A stretch of 64,000 bases of DNA. Source: an uncultured virus (IMG/VR IMGVR_UViG_3300010355_001052). Lineage: Duplodnaviria; Heunggongvirae; Uroviricota; Caudoviricetes. Shown here in pieces: positions 1-8,656 of the stretch; position 1 is the first letter of the stretch, and every line of letters begins with the position of its first letter. Under the pieces are notes generated by a model. The model did no database searches. It had not been told where the DNA came from and saw nothing but the letters and a program-made list of their open reading frames with translations. Position numbers and translations under genes: made by a program. The stretch lies in the IMG/VR virus record IMGVR_UViG_3300010355_001052, one strand, 5' to 3'.

Positions 1-16
1 GGGTCATCTGAAACAT

Positions 17-709
17 ATGACCTTAAAAATTGACTTACCCATACCAATGGATTTTGATATGGAATATCAGTCATTAGTTCTAATGGTAGGTGCAAATGGT
101 ACCGGTAAGTCACTTATACTTAAACTTACATGGGTACTTAATACAATTATGGGTATAGGTGTTGCTAAACAAGTATCTAAACTTAATTTACCTGTGGAAG
201 GTCTAGCACAATTTACATTTGATAAAAGCTTTGAAAACCAAAATTTTAATGGTATGATTAAAGCTGAATATGAACATGGAAATATTGTAGTAGGACTAGA
301 TCATGGTAAAGTTCTTTCATTAGAAATAATCACAGAAGATACAGTAAACTCTGTACCTACACCTATCTTTATGTCTACTGAAATGAGAACATTTGATCAG
401 ATTAAAAGATTTTTTCAATTAAGTAAATTATCTAAAAATGAAGATGATATACTTAATTACTATAAACTTTATGATGTTACTTATGTTGAGTTCTTGAAGA
501 AAAAGATCAACGGTAGTTACATTTTATCTGAAGATTTTAAGGATAGACTTAAAGTTTTTGATTTAGGAAAGTATGATATGCAGTCACTACAAATGACTGA
601 TGATACAATGTATTTTACTAATTCTAAAGAAGAACAAATTGAATTAACTACTCTTTCTAAAGGTGAACAAAGTATTGTTAATATGTTTTTAGGAGGCGGC
701 GGAGATTAA
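17..709 (+). CDS. ABC/SMC-like (AAA_15/AAA_21-type) ATPase, C-terminally short
   Basis: Walker A GANGTGKS near the N-terminus; ABC-signature-like LSKGEQ at the C-terminus; no Walker B follows. Confidence 0.6.
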   Translation: MTLKIDLPIPMDFDMEYQSLVLMVGANGTGKSLILKLTWVLNTIMGIGVAKQVSKLNLPVEGLAQFTFDKSFENQNFNGMIKAEYEHGNIVVGLDHGKVLSLEIITEDTVNSVPTPIFMSTEMRTFDQIKRFFQLSKLSKNEDDILNYYKLYDVTYVEFLKKKINGSYILSEDFKDRLKVFDLGKYDMQSLQMTDDTMYFTNSKEEQIELTTLSKGEQSIVNMFLGGGGD

Positions 710-930
710 TGGGAGATAACCTACATATGACAGCGGAAGATCATCTTCTACAGCAACATGAAGAGTATATCTCTCAAATACTAGAATCTGGTCAACCATT
801 ATGGTTGTTAAATCTATACTCATTAGAACCAGAAGAAAGAGAAGGATTAAGACTAGGTTATATGGTCTTTGATCCTGAAGTGGAAGACGGGAATAATTTA
901 AATGAGCAGTGGGATGGAAACACAATATAA
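709..930 (+). CDS. hypothetical acidic protein
   Basis: 73-aa ORF translationally coupled to the upstream stop (TAATG). Confidence 0.5.
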   Translation: MGDNLHMTAEDHLLQQHEEYISQILESGQPLWLLNLYSLEPEEREGLRLGYMVFDPEVEDGNNLNEQWDGNTI

Positions 931-1576
931 CTTCTTTCCTTTTAATTTAACTGAAGCTCGTGACGGCACACCAGTTAAAAAATGGGTTTATAAAAACAAA
1001 TGTGTAGTTGAAAATACAATTGGAGGATTTAGAACATTCCTTTGTGGATATGTTGTATTTCCTAAAAAAGAAATACCAGCACCTTGGTGGGGGAATTATA
1101 ATGCTGGTGGATTACAGCAATTAGCTATTCATGGTGGTCTAACTTTTTGTGAAATTTATGAAGCAAAAGATCAAGAAAAATACCAAAAAGAATATGAGGT
1201 TGTTAGAGATGCTTTATCTAAAGCAAATCCTTTAGATGCTAAACTTCAGGATTTTCTTAAATTAAGACAACAGTTCCAAGACAATTTATGCTTAACTGAT
1301 GATGGTTATGTAGTATTTGGGTTTGATTGTGGTCATTTTAATGATGACACAAATCCAGATTTAAAAGATCCTAATCATGTCATGATGCTTGTGGAACAAA
1401 TGGAAGAACAGCTAGTTGAATTTGCTAAAGTTTATTATGAATATCTTGGTAGTAGTCAAGCAGAAAGAACTCAGATCATAGAAAAAGTAATTGCAGAAGC
1501 ACCACTTAGAACTGAAATGGGTATAGGTAGAATGCTTGAAATACTAGCTGAAAGACTTAAGTCAAAAGAACCTTAA
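902..1576 (+). CDS. conserved phage hypothetical protein
   Basis: 224 aa; CGYV, HGGLTF and GFDCGH motifs typical of a widespread uncharacterised phage family. Confidence 0.7.
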   Translation: MSSGMETQYNFFPFNLTEARDGTPVKKWVYKNKCVVENTIGGFRTFLCGYVVFPKKEIPAPWWGNYNAGGLQQLAIHGGLTFCEIYEAKDQEKYQKEYEVVRDALSKANPLDAKLQDFLKLRQQFQDNLCLTDDGYVVFGFDCGHFNDDTNPDLKDPNHVMMLVEQMEEQLVEFAKVYYEYLGSSQAERTQIIEKVIAEAPLRTEMGIGRMLEILAERLKSKEP

Positions 1577-1581
1577 TAAAA

Positions 1582-1720
1582 TTGTTAAATACTATAGGGA
1601 ATACAGTACCTATGTAAATTACCTGTATCTACACTGGAACATGAGGGTCATCCTCACTTAGTACCTGAACTAACAGATATTTATGTGACACAGAAACAAT
1701 TGTAGTATTTAACAACACCA
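1582..1720 (+). ncRNA. putative structured RNA, unit 1 of a tandem pair
   Basis: 15-bp closing stem 1582-1596/1701-1715 with one G-U; core TACAGTACC...GACACAGAAAC; followed by ACCA. Confidence 0.55.
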
Positions 1721-1721
1721 T

Positions 1722-1815
1722 TATCAAAATATAGAGGTACAGTACCTAAATTGACACCGGCAATGCGCCTAGTTCATTTTTAGACACAGAAACGACATAT
1801 ATTTTGATATTACCA
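1722..1815 (+). ncRNA. putative structured RNA, unit 2 of a tandem pair
   Basis: 12-bp closing stem TATCAAAATATA/TATATTTTGATA; same core TACAGTACC...GACACAGAAAC; followed by TTACCA. Confidence 0.55.
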
Positions 1816-1819
1816 TTAA

Positions 1820-1989
1820 TGAATATAGGCAGGTCAGCTTTAGAAGCCAGTTAGCCATGCGGCCTAATGTGTGATACATTCGCGGTGCTCACATGGACAC
1901 TAAGCATGCCGGGTATAGTATATTCAAGTATTATACCGACTTAGAGGAACACCTGATTGGGTGCTAAGATCTGAAACAACTCCTTTAAG
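1820..1989 (+). ncRNA. further putative structured RNA(s) in the same non-coding cluster
   Basis: GC-richer non-coding stretch with TGAATATA/TATATTCA, GGCA/TGCC, AATGT/ACATT and CTTAGAGGA/TCCTTTAAG stems. Confidence 0.35.
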
Positions 1990-2024
1990 ACTAGGGGTTA
2001 GTAATAGCACCTAGTCTTATTTTT
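1987..2024 (+). terminator. intrinsic terminator
   Basis: AAGACTAGG/CCTAGTCTT stem followed by a T-run. Confidence 0.65.
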
Positions 2025-2142
2025 ACTATCTTTACCAACTTTAACCAATCACATGAAAAAGTTACTTAAAAAGGTTGTTAGATGTCTACCTACATTAAAA
2101 GACTTCAAGTATATTCCAACAAAACATTAAATCTCATTACAG

Positions 2143-2511
2143 ATGAAAAAATTATTAATTAAATGGTTCGCTCTTGTACCACCAGCGCCTGTCTATAACT
2201 TCAATGTTACAGAAGGTACCAAATGTCATGTAATTGAAGTAGATAAACAATCAACTTCAATTGTAGAAGGTCTAGGTATTACACCTGAAAGAGAAAAAGA
2301 ATTAGCTGATATGGCTATTGAGACATATAAAAATACAAAGAATCTCGTTGAATGTATAGCTGCTGTTTCCAAAAACACTAAACATGCCAATGAATTATTT
2401 TTTGTATCTTATGTATTAAGTGGCTTTCATCAACAAATGCAAAGTCCTGGTGCTATGATAGCTAAAATGATTGAAAAATCTCTCCGCGAAAGAAGAGGCG
2501 GAGAAGAGTAA
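2143..2511 (+). CDS. hypothetical protein
   Basis: 122-aa ORF with ATG start. Confidence 0.65.
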   Translation: MKKLLIKWFALVPPAPVYNFNVTEGTKCHVIEVDKQSTSIVEGLGITPEREKELADMAIETYKNTKNLVECIAAVSKNTKHANELFFVSYVLSGFHQQMQSPGAMIAKMIEKSLRERRGGEE

Positions 2512-2578
2512 AAATACTCTGGGAGTCTAAAGGTGGATCAGTTCTCCCTGACTCTGGTCTACTCTTCCAGATCCTATT

Positions 2579-2607
2579 AAAAAGCAGATTGTAATGATCT
2601 GCTTTTT
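2579..2607 (+). terminator. intrinsic terminator
   Basis: AAAAAGCAGATT/GATCTGCTTTTT hairpin. Confidence 0.65.
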
Positions 2608-2627
2608 GTATTAATACCCGTTACATT

Positions 2628-2819
2628 ATGAAAAAAACAATTCTATTTCTTATTTGCTTCATAGCAACAGTAATAGTAAACCAGATCTACTTTGAATACT
2701 GCGTAAGTAGACCATGTGCTGAATGGATAACAGTAATACTAGGATTAGTATTAGTTGTGTATGACATTGCCATGTTTGTTCTAGCGGTAAAAACCTTAAA
2801 AACAATCCTTAAATTATGA
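2628..2819 (+). CDS. small membrane protein with two TM segments
   Basis: two hydrophobic stretches in 63 aa. Confidence 0.6.
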   Translation: MKKTILFLICFIATVIVNQIYFEYCVSRPCAEWITVILGLVLVVYDIAMFVLAVKTLKTILKL

Positions 2820-3138
2820 TTTCAAGTTTTATTGTCCTTATTGGATTTCTAGTAGCAGTGTCAATGTTGACAGCTCTCTTCAGTTAGTTGAAACTGATAA
2901 ATCTCTCAAGTTCTTTAGTATTGATCTTGAAGTAGACAAGGAGTATGTGATTAAATTCACATCTAAAACCAATGAAACTAAGTACTTATATGTAAGTGCA
3001 GAAGAATACGGTGGTTTTGGAATTGATGTAGATTTTAATAGGACTGGATCTGCCAGATTAACCTATAATAATTATCGTCAAGAATATCAGGTGGTGAGGA
3101 TAAACTCAACAAGCAATCTCTACGCAAATAATGAATAA
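2816..3138 (+). pseudogene. possible frameshifted or deletion-fused gene
   Basis: ATG at 2816 gives a 23-aa hydrophobic peptide ending TAG; another frame is open 2800-3138 without an early ATG. Confidence 0.3.
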
Positions 3139-3147
3139 TTAACAAAT

Positions 3148-3181
3148 AAAGCCTAGGGGAGTAGTCCTCTAGGCTTTCTTT
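3148..3181 (+). terminator. intrinsic terminator
   Basis: AAAGCCTAGGGGA-GTAG-TCCTCTAGGCTTT hairpin plus T-rich tail. Confidence 0.7.
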
Positions 3182-3227
3182 AAATGTACTAAAATAATAA
3201 AATATTCGGATTATCCTAGGAATTTCT

Positions 3228-3235
3228 TACATTTG
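3228..3235 (+). promoter_or_regulatory. Bacteroidota-type -7 promoter element (TAnnTTTG)
   Basis: TACATTTG, 6 nt before the ATG at 3242. Confidence 0.5.
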
Positions 3236-3241
3236 TTGTAA

Positions 3242-4045
3242 ATGATATTAACTGATCAGCAATATAACACTATTGAACAAGACCTAAAATTAGGTATTTT
3301 AAATTTTACTGATATTGCTAAAAAATTAAATATATCAAGACCGACAGTAAGAGCTCATGCTAAAAGAATTGGTTTACATACAGGTAATAAAATAAGACTA
3401 AAATCTTATACCTTAAACGTAAATTATTTTGATAATATTGATACTCAAGAAAAAGCATATATTTTAGGACTTCTATATGCTGATGGTTGTAATACCAGAA
3501 GAGGTTTACAAATTGCATTAGTTGAAGAAGATAAAGAAGTTATTGAATTTGTTAAAGTACAATTAGGAGCTTCAAATAATTTAAAATTTATACCTGCAGC
3601 AAAACCTACTTGGAAAAATAAATGGGAACTTAGTATTAGTTCTATTGAATTAAGTAAAAATTTAAGTAAAGTAGGTTGTATACCTGCTAAATCATCAATA
3701 TTAAAGTTTCCTGATTTTATAAACTCTAACTTAATTCATCATTTTGTAAGAGGTTATTTTGATGGTGATGGTTCAATATGGTTACATAAAGGAGGTTGGC
3801 ATTCTTCATTTACATCAGCAAGTGAAGATTTCATATTATCTCTTCAAGATCTTTTAACAAAACAAGGTATTTATACTAAGCTTTATAAAACAGGAGTTAA
3901 AAAAACTTGTTTTCAAATTTTACTTGGAAGAAAATATGAAATAGAAAAACTTATGCTTTATTTATTTAATGGATCTACATTTTCTATGAAAAGAAAACGT
4001 CTTAAAATGGAAATGTTTTTAACTAATTGTAAATCAAGTAAATAA
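3242..4045 (+). CDS. free-standing LAGLIDADG homing endonuclease with N-terminal HTH
   Basis: two LAGLIDADG motifs (YILGLLYADGC, FVRGYFDGDGS); HTH DIAKKLNISRPTV. Confidence 0.9.
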   Translation: MILTDQQYNTIEQDLKLGILNFTDIAKKLNISRPTVRAHAKRIGLHTGNKIRLKSYTLNVNYFDNIDTQEKAYILGLLYADGCNTRRGLQIALVEEDKEVIEFVKVQLGASNNLKFIPAAKPTWKNKWELSISSIELSKNLSKVGCIPAKSSILKFPDFINSNLIHHFVRGYFDGDGSIWLHKGGWHSSFTSASEDFILSLQDLLTKQGIYTKLYKTGVKKTCFQILLGRKYEIEKLMLYLFNGSTFSMKRKRLKMEMFLTNCKSSK

Positions 4046-4347
4046 TGCTTTATTCTCTACCTTCAGGAAAAGTTATTCAGATTACTATAGAACAGTATCT
4101 GGAAATGACTGACGAGGATGTGCAATATCTTATGAGTATTGATTATGGTGAGACAGTTATCTCACCTTTTTTTGGATCAGTAATAACTCAGAAAAAACAA
4201 AAACAAGCTTCAGAAGATCATGAATATGATAAGTCAATAGACTTTGTATCAGATGATGAAGATAAAAGTCATGGTGACAACTTCTTTATAGAAGAAGTAA
4301 GTCTGGATGATATTCCAGATATACCTGATGAATCAACCTTAGATTAA
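4045..4347 (+). CDS. hypothetical acidic protein
   Basis: 100-aa ORF coupled to the upstream stop. Confidence 0.7.
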   Translation: MLYSLPSGKVIQITIEQYLEMTDEDVQYLMSIDYGETVISPFFGSVITQKKQKQASEDHEYDKSIDFVSDDEDKSHGDNFFIEEVSLDDIPDIPDESTLD

Positions 4348-4390
4348 CATAACAGTTGTAAGTATACAATCTGTATCTTAATAGTGTACT

Positions 4391-4416
4391 AGACAGGACG
4401 AGCTCCCTGTCTTTTT
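4391..4416 (+). terminator. intrinsic terminator
   Basis: AGACAGG/CCTGTCT stem plus T-run. Confidence 0.5.
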
Positions 4417-4460
4417 GCATTTTAAATAGTGAGCTTTATCAATTAATTAAAATCAATTTT

Positions 4461-4937
4461 ATGAACAATTCAAAAGTTAAAGTATCTGGTGATAAACTCA
4501 CTGGAGCAGTAGTAATGCCAACAGGTAATCCACTTTTTGGTACTATCCGTGTAGAACAAACCCGCACTATCTTTGATGATAATGGCTTTGCTACACAAGC
4601 AACAGTAAGTGCATTAATCCAAGGAAAAATGGATGTGCTTAACTCCTTCAAATGGAAAAAAGGTCAAGAAATTGACGGGAAAATTGTTATCCGTGAATCT
4701 CTGACTCCTTTTAACACTAAAGATCCAGACAAAGATCTTAAAGTGGCTGGAAAAACAGCTGTTGTGTGTACCTTCGGTGGTAACCCAATTTATCGTAAAA
4801 CTTTCTACACAGGATCTGAGAAAGCTGAAGATGAGTTGTTAGCACATGATAACAGTGAAGAGATCAAAGCAGCAAATGCTAAACTTAAAGAAGAAACTTC
4901 TGCTAATCCAGGAGCTATCAATTTAGGTGATATCTAA
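4461..4937 (+). CDS. conserved phage hypothetical protein
   Basis: 158-aa ORF between terminators. Confidence 0.75.
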   Translation: MNNSKVKVSGDKLTGAVVMPTGNPLFGTIRVEQTRTIFDDNGFATQATVSALIQGKMDVLNSFKWKKGQEIDGKIVIRESLTPFNTKDPDKDLKVAGKTAVVCTFGGNPIYRKTFYTGSEKAEDELLAHDNSEEIKAANAKLKEETSANPGAINLGDI

Positions 4938-4956
4938 AAATGAAATCTGTATAAAT

Positions 4957-4991
4957 AAAAGCAGGATCCCTCACGGGGTTCTGCTTTTTTT
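4957..4991 (+). terminator. intrinsic terminator
   Basis: AAAAGCAGGATCCC-TCAC-GGGGTTCTGCTTTT plus T-run. Confidence 0.75.
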
Positions 4992-5025
4992 ATAATTAAC
5001 TCCGTAATTAAAACCCCATCATAAT

Positions 5026-5505
5026 ATGTCAAGAGAACATCTCTACGTAGGAAAATTCAGTGAAAAACAAGTTAGTGGTAATAACTACTATGGTAAAAAA
5101 TATGGTAAAAATGAACACGACTCATTAAACAGTTACCAGACCTTCTTATATAATAGAGCCTTGTTTGGTCTTGATGTATATTCAGAAGAAGAAATAAAAA
5201 ATATGCGTTGGGATAAAAAACAACGTGTCTTGAAAGTGCACAAAAGAGCACAAACAGTATTAAATGTATGGAAACAAGAAATCGTTAATGGTCTTACAAC
5301 ACAGCTATTAATGAAACTTTTTCCAAAAAGTAATATTACTGAGTTCTTCTTGAACACAGCACAAGAGACTGATGCTTCTTATATTAATAAGATGACATTC
5401 AAGTCACTGAACATTAAAAAATCACAGATAATCAGTAAATTGGTATCTGAAAAGATTTTACCTATTAATTTTTATGAATTAACAAACCAAGAATTATGCA
5501 AATAG
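5026..5505 (+). CDS. hypothetical protein
   Basis: 159-aa ORF. Confidence 0.7.
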   Translation: MSREHLYVGKFSEKQVSGNNYYGKKYGKNEHDSLNSYQTFLYNRALFGLDVYSEEEIKNMRWDKKQRVLKVHKRAQTVLNVWKQEIVNGLTTQLLMKLFPKSNITEFFLNTAQETDASYINKMTFKSLNIKKSQIISKLVSEKILPINFYELTNQELCK

Positions 5506-5717
5506 AATTTTTAGTGAATGATGGAGTAGCATTACTACTCAGTCCGGAAAATCCTATGGAAGAGGAATTACTTAAACAAATGCTCAAACAAGACAATGAC
5601 ATTAGTGAAGTACGTTCCACTGTAGTAGTACTTAATAAAACCTTCAAAAATGGAGTGTTTATTGCCAAAAAATCACTCAATCTTAATGGTAATGCTTTAC
5701 CTAAAGATGAGGAATAA
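5496..5717 (+). CDS. hypothetical protein
   Basis: 73-aa ORF overlapping the upstream stop. Confidence 0.6.
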   Translation: MQIEFLVNDGVALLLSPENPMEEELLKQMLKQDNDISEVRSTVVVLNKTFKNGVFIAKKSLNLNGNALPKDEE

Positions 5718-5821
5718 TATTCTGTGATGGGATCTTGAGAGCCTGCTAAAGTAATTAGAACTGGAGTGCTCCAGGTATACCAACTTGTTATGAGGTGGGC
5801 CTCAAGTTTTTTAAACTATCT

Positions 5822-6226
5822 ATGAAAATTAAGAAAAAAATCTGTAGTTGTTGTGGTAAGGAATCCGTCATCTGGAAAAATGATGATGGCAACAAATACT
5901 GCAAACCTTGTTGGATGAGTAAATCTTCTACAACAAAACCTGTTGAGCCTAGACAAAAGTTAGCACAAAGATCAGATAAGAGAATTGAACAAGATAAGAT
6001 CTACTCTGAGAAACGTAAAAACTTCTTAGAAGAACATCCTATGTGTCAAATTCACATATCTGGTATTTGTACAACTTACTCAACAGATGTGCACCATACT
6101 TATGCCGGTGCCAATAGAAATGAATTTTATTTAGATGAATTAACCTGGAAGGCTACATGTAGAATGTGCCATGGTTGGGTTCATGCTAATCCTAAACAAT
6201 CAAGAGAAATGGACCTCTTAAAGTGA
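5822..6226 (+). CDS. HNH-like nuclease with N-terminal zinc ribbon
   Basis: CSCC and CKPC; CQIHISGICT, DVHH, CRMCHGWVH; ATG at 5822 preferred over GTG at 5795. Confidence 0.7.
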   Translation: MKIKKKICSCCGKESVIWKNDDGNKYCKPCWMSKSSTTKPVEPRQKLAQRSDKRIEQDKIYSEKRKNFLEEHPMCQIHISGICTTYSTDVHHTYAGANRNEFYLDELTWKATCRMCHGWVHANPKQSREMDLLK

Positions 6227-6247
6227 CCATAAAATTCTTAATATAAT

Positions 6248-6997
6248 ATGAAAAAGCAACCTAAAAATGAAGTAGCATTGACTACAGCTAATGTAAGCAA
6301 TAATATAAACCTTAATCTTAATCAGAATGATCTGATAGAGATGGCTATACAGGAAAAATTATCTTTATTAGAAGATCATATTGCTACCTTAGAAACAGAA
6401 ATAAAAGATGGATTGGTACGCCAGGATTTAATTAGAAAAAATCTTTTACATACCATCATAAAGACTACTATTTTAAAAAAAGATAAAAAGTATCAATCTT
6501 TTCTTAGTAAAGTTAAATTATTAAAAATGGATATAAAAGAATCAGACTTATATGTTCAGTCTGGTAATAAATATGAATGTACTTATGAATATAAGACATT
6601 TGAGTCTGGAAGAGCTGAACAGTATAAAAACCCTTTTAGTTATATTGATTATGCTCGTAGAACTAATACGGGTTATTACGACTCTATCTCTTCTATCAAA
6701 ATAAGTTGTATGGCGGTAGATGAAAAAAGTAATCTGAAATTAGATTATCAGGTACCTACAATTACTTTATCTAAAGCTGTATGTGATAATTATTTCACTA
6801 AACTTAAATCCAATACAGACATAATTGTTAAGTTACAAAATGAGCTTGCTAATTTAAAAGAAGAACATTTTAGTTACCTATACAGTGAGAAAAAGATTAA
6901 ATCTCAGATTATCAAAAAAAGTTTATCTAAATCTCCGGAAGGAAAAGCTATATTACAAATGTTAGCTGAGGCTAGTAATATTAAATTTTTGAAATAA
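6248..6997 (+). CDS. hypothetical coiled-coil protein
   Basis: 249 aa with heptad-rich ends. Confidence 0.7.
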   Translation: MKKQPKNEVALTTANVSNNINLNLNQNDLIEMAIQEKLSLLEDHIATLETEIKDGLVRQDLIRKNLLHTIIKTTILKKDKKYQSFLSKVKLLKMDIKESDLYVQSGNKYECTYEYKTFESGRAEQYKNPFSYIDYARRTNTGYYDSISSIKISCMAVDEKSNLKLDYQVPTITLSKAVCDNYFTKLKSNTDIIVKLQNELANLKEEHFSYLYSEKKIKSQIIKKSLSKSPEGKAILQMLAEASNIKFLK

Positions 6998-7005
6998 TTC
7001 AATAT

Positions 7006-7040
7006 ACCTAGAGACTAATTTATTATTGGTCTCTAGGTTT
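7006..7040 (+). terminator. intrinsic terminator
   Basis: ACCTAGAGACTAAT/ATTGGTCTCTAGGT hairpin. Confidence 0.6.
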
Positions 7041-7056
7041 AATTAAATAAATACTT

Positions 7057-7338
7057 ATGACAAAATTAGAAGCAACAGCAAAATTAAAATCTATTGATTT
7101 ACAAGTAAAAGTAGGAAGTAGAATAGCTATTTTCGCGTGGATATTCTGGGTATTGGAAACAATACTTTTCACAGTATTATACGGATGGCATACTGAAGCA
7201 ATTAATACTGTAGAACGGGTTTGTGATAACCTGTTTATTATTAGCCTATTTATAGGTATTGGTATTATATTCTCAGCTAATAGTCAGATGACTAAATTTA
7301 TGCAGAGAGTTCTTAGTGAAGATTTAAATTCAAAATAA
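7057..7338 (+). CDS. membrane protein with two TM segments
   Basis: two hydrophobic segments. Confidence 0.65.
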   Translation: MTKLEATAKLKSIDLQVKVGSRIAIFAWIFWVLETILFTVLYGWHTEAINTVERVCDNLFIISLFIGIGIIFSANSQMTKFMQRVLSEDLNSK

Positions 7339-7775
7339 TGAACATACCTGATAACTATATCAAATTAAAAATACCCGGAGAAAAATTCTGGGCTGAGTCT
7401 ATTTCCCCAAATTCAGCTATCATTAAGAACATCCTGGTTAATCCGGAATATGGTTTAAATGATGTAGTTGCACATGATGGGGAAAATGTTACTTGTGTTT
7501 TAGTAAAGAAAACTGAAACAGTAAAACTTACATACAGTATAAATGCCCCTATTAATGTAGAAGACATTAAAACTAAAGTGCAAAAAATCTGTAAATATTT
7601 TGAAGAAAAGTACAATTTTGAAACTGAACCTGCTATTTTAGGATTAATATTATTAGCAATACCGGTTGGTATTACTAAAGATGCAGTATTATCAGCAGTA
7701 GAAAATTGTCCGGAATCAGTATTAGTTGATTTTCAAGATCAAGATGATGATGAAGATGATGACCCATGGATGTAA
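7338..7775 (+). CDS. hypothetical protein
   Basis: 145 aa with acidic tail; coupled start. Confidence 0.65.
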   Translation: MNIPDNYIKLKIPGEKFWAESISPNSAIIKNILVNPEYGLNDVVAHDGENVTCVLVKKTETVKLTYSINAPINVEDIKTKVQKICKYFEEKYNFETEPAILGLILLAIPVGITKDAVLSAVENCPESVLVDFQDQDDDEDDDPWM

Positions 7776-8068
7776 GACATTTATATAACAGAGGTTGGTC
7801 TTATCCCCCATTTATAGTTTCTAAAAATTGGGTAGGTAGATCCTTTTTTAAATCAAGATCTGTTGAAACATGGATTGAAACAATGTTAGAAAATCCTCAA
7901 TTAAGGTTATCTACATTACCTCAGATTCTTGATAGATGGAAAAGTAAAAAACTCATTATTCAAGAGGAATGTGATGCTCTTAAAAAAATGTTTGATTCAC
8001 CTGATCAGGAAAATTGGGTGATTGCTCTAACTATTATGAAACAAAAAGCAAAACAGAAAAAAAGATGA
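7766..8068 (+). CDS. hypothetical protein with C-terminal S-x-D-x-E-N motif
   Basis: 100 aa; LKKMFDSPDQENWVIA. Confidence 0.6.
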   Translation: MDVRHLYNRGWSYPPFIVSKNWVGRSFFKSRSVETWIETMLENPQLRLSTLPQILDRWKSKKLIIQEECDALKKMFDSPDQENWVIALTIMKQKAKQKKR

Positions 8069-8652
8069 AAACAATTCAAGAAGAATACAAGGAAGCTCTA
8101 AAAACATTTAGAGAACATACTGTTGAACTTACTACAAAGATTTTTGAAGATAAAGGTGAACTAGTAGAACCATTAGTATTTGCTCTTATTATTAAAGACA
8201 AAAAAGTTACTATGGGAATGCTTGCCGGATTAGGTAAATTATTTGGTTCTGAATTAGGTAAAGAGGCTGCTGTAGAAGTAATCCGAAAACTTAGTGAAGA
8301 TGTAAAACCTATTGCTTTGGCTTTTTGTTGTGAGGGTTATGCAAGTGTACAAAGAAGAAAAGAGGGTGAAACTGCAGAAGACTTCTTAAAAAGTGGTTGG
8401 GTAAAACCTAGTCAAGACCCTGATAAAAAAGAAGTCTTATTCTTTACATTTGAAACATTTGATAAAGCAGCCGGTACTTATTTGGAAATAGTAAGATCCA
8501 AAGGTAATATTGATCTAAGACTAATGCATGACATTGATTGGGAAGAGAAAGACAAAAGTACTGTAGGTGGTAAATTCACTAATCTATTACAAGATAATTA
8601 CAGTGAATTTGCTATGACAATCAAAGAAGACTTAAAAACACTATTAAACTAG
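8065..8652 (+). CDS. hypothetical protein
   Basis: ORF 8014-8652; ATG at 8065 overlaps the upstream stop (ATGA). Confidence 0.7.
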   Translation: MKTIQEEYKEALKTFREHTVELTTKIFEDKGELVEPLVFALIIKDKKVTMGMLAGLGKLFGSELGKEAAVEVIRKLSEDVKPIALAFCCEGYASVQRRKEGETAEDFLKSGWVKPSQDPDKKEVLFFTFETFDKAAGTYLEIVRSKGNIDLRLMHDIDWEEKDKSTVGGKFTNLLQDNYSEFAMTIKEDLKTLLN

Positions 8653-8656
8653 TAGT

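Noticed and set aside
1826..1850. Hairpin-ribozyme loop A (GUC and AGAA) completing the loop-B-like units
   Set aside because: GGC/GCC pairing exists, but the spacing is wrong and there is no room for helix 1 between GTC and AGAA
1582..1989. CRISPR array
   Set aside because: Only two short bipartite conserved motifs, variable unit length, self-paired inner regions and no cas genes in the window
2053..2130. 25-aa ORF MKKLLKKVVRCL... resembling the start of the next gene
   Set aside because: Similarity is limited to a common MKKLL start; too short to support
3181..3241. Duplicated host-gene end flanking the LAGLIDADG gene
   Set aside because: No recognisable copy of the neighbouring gene ends, unlike the polB and MazG-like cases
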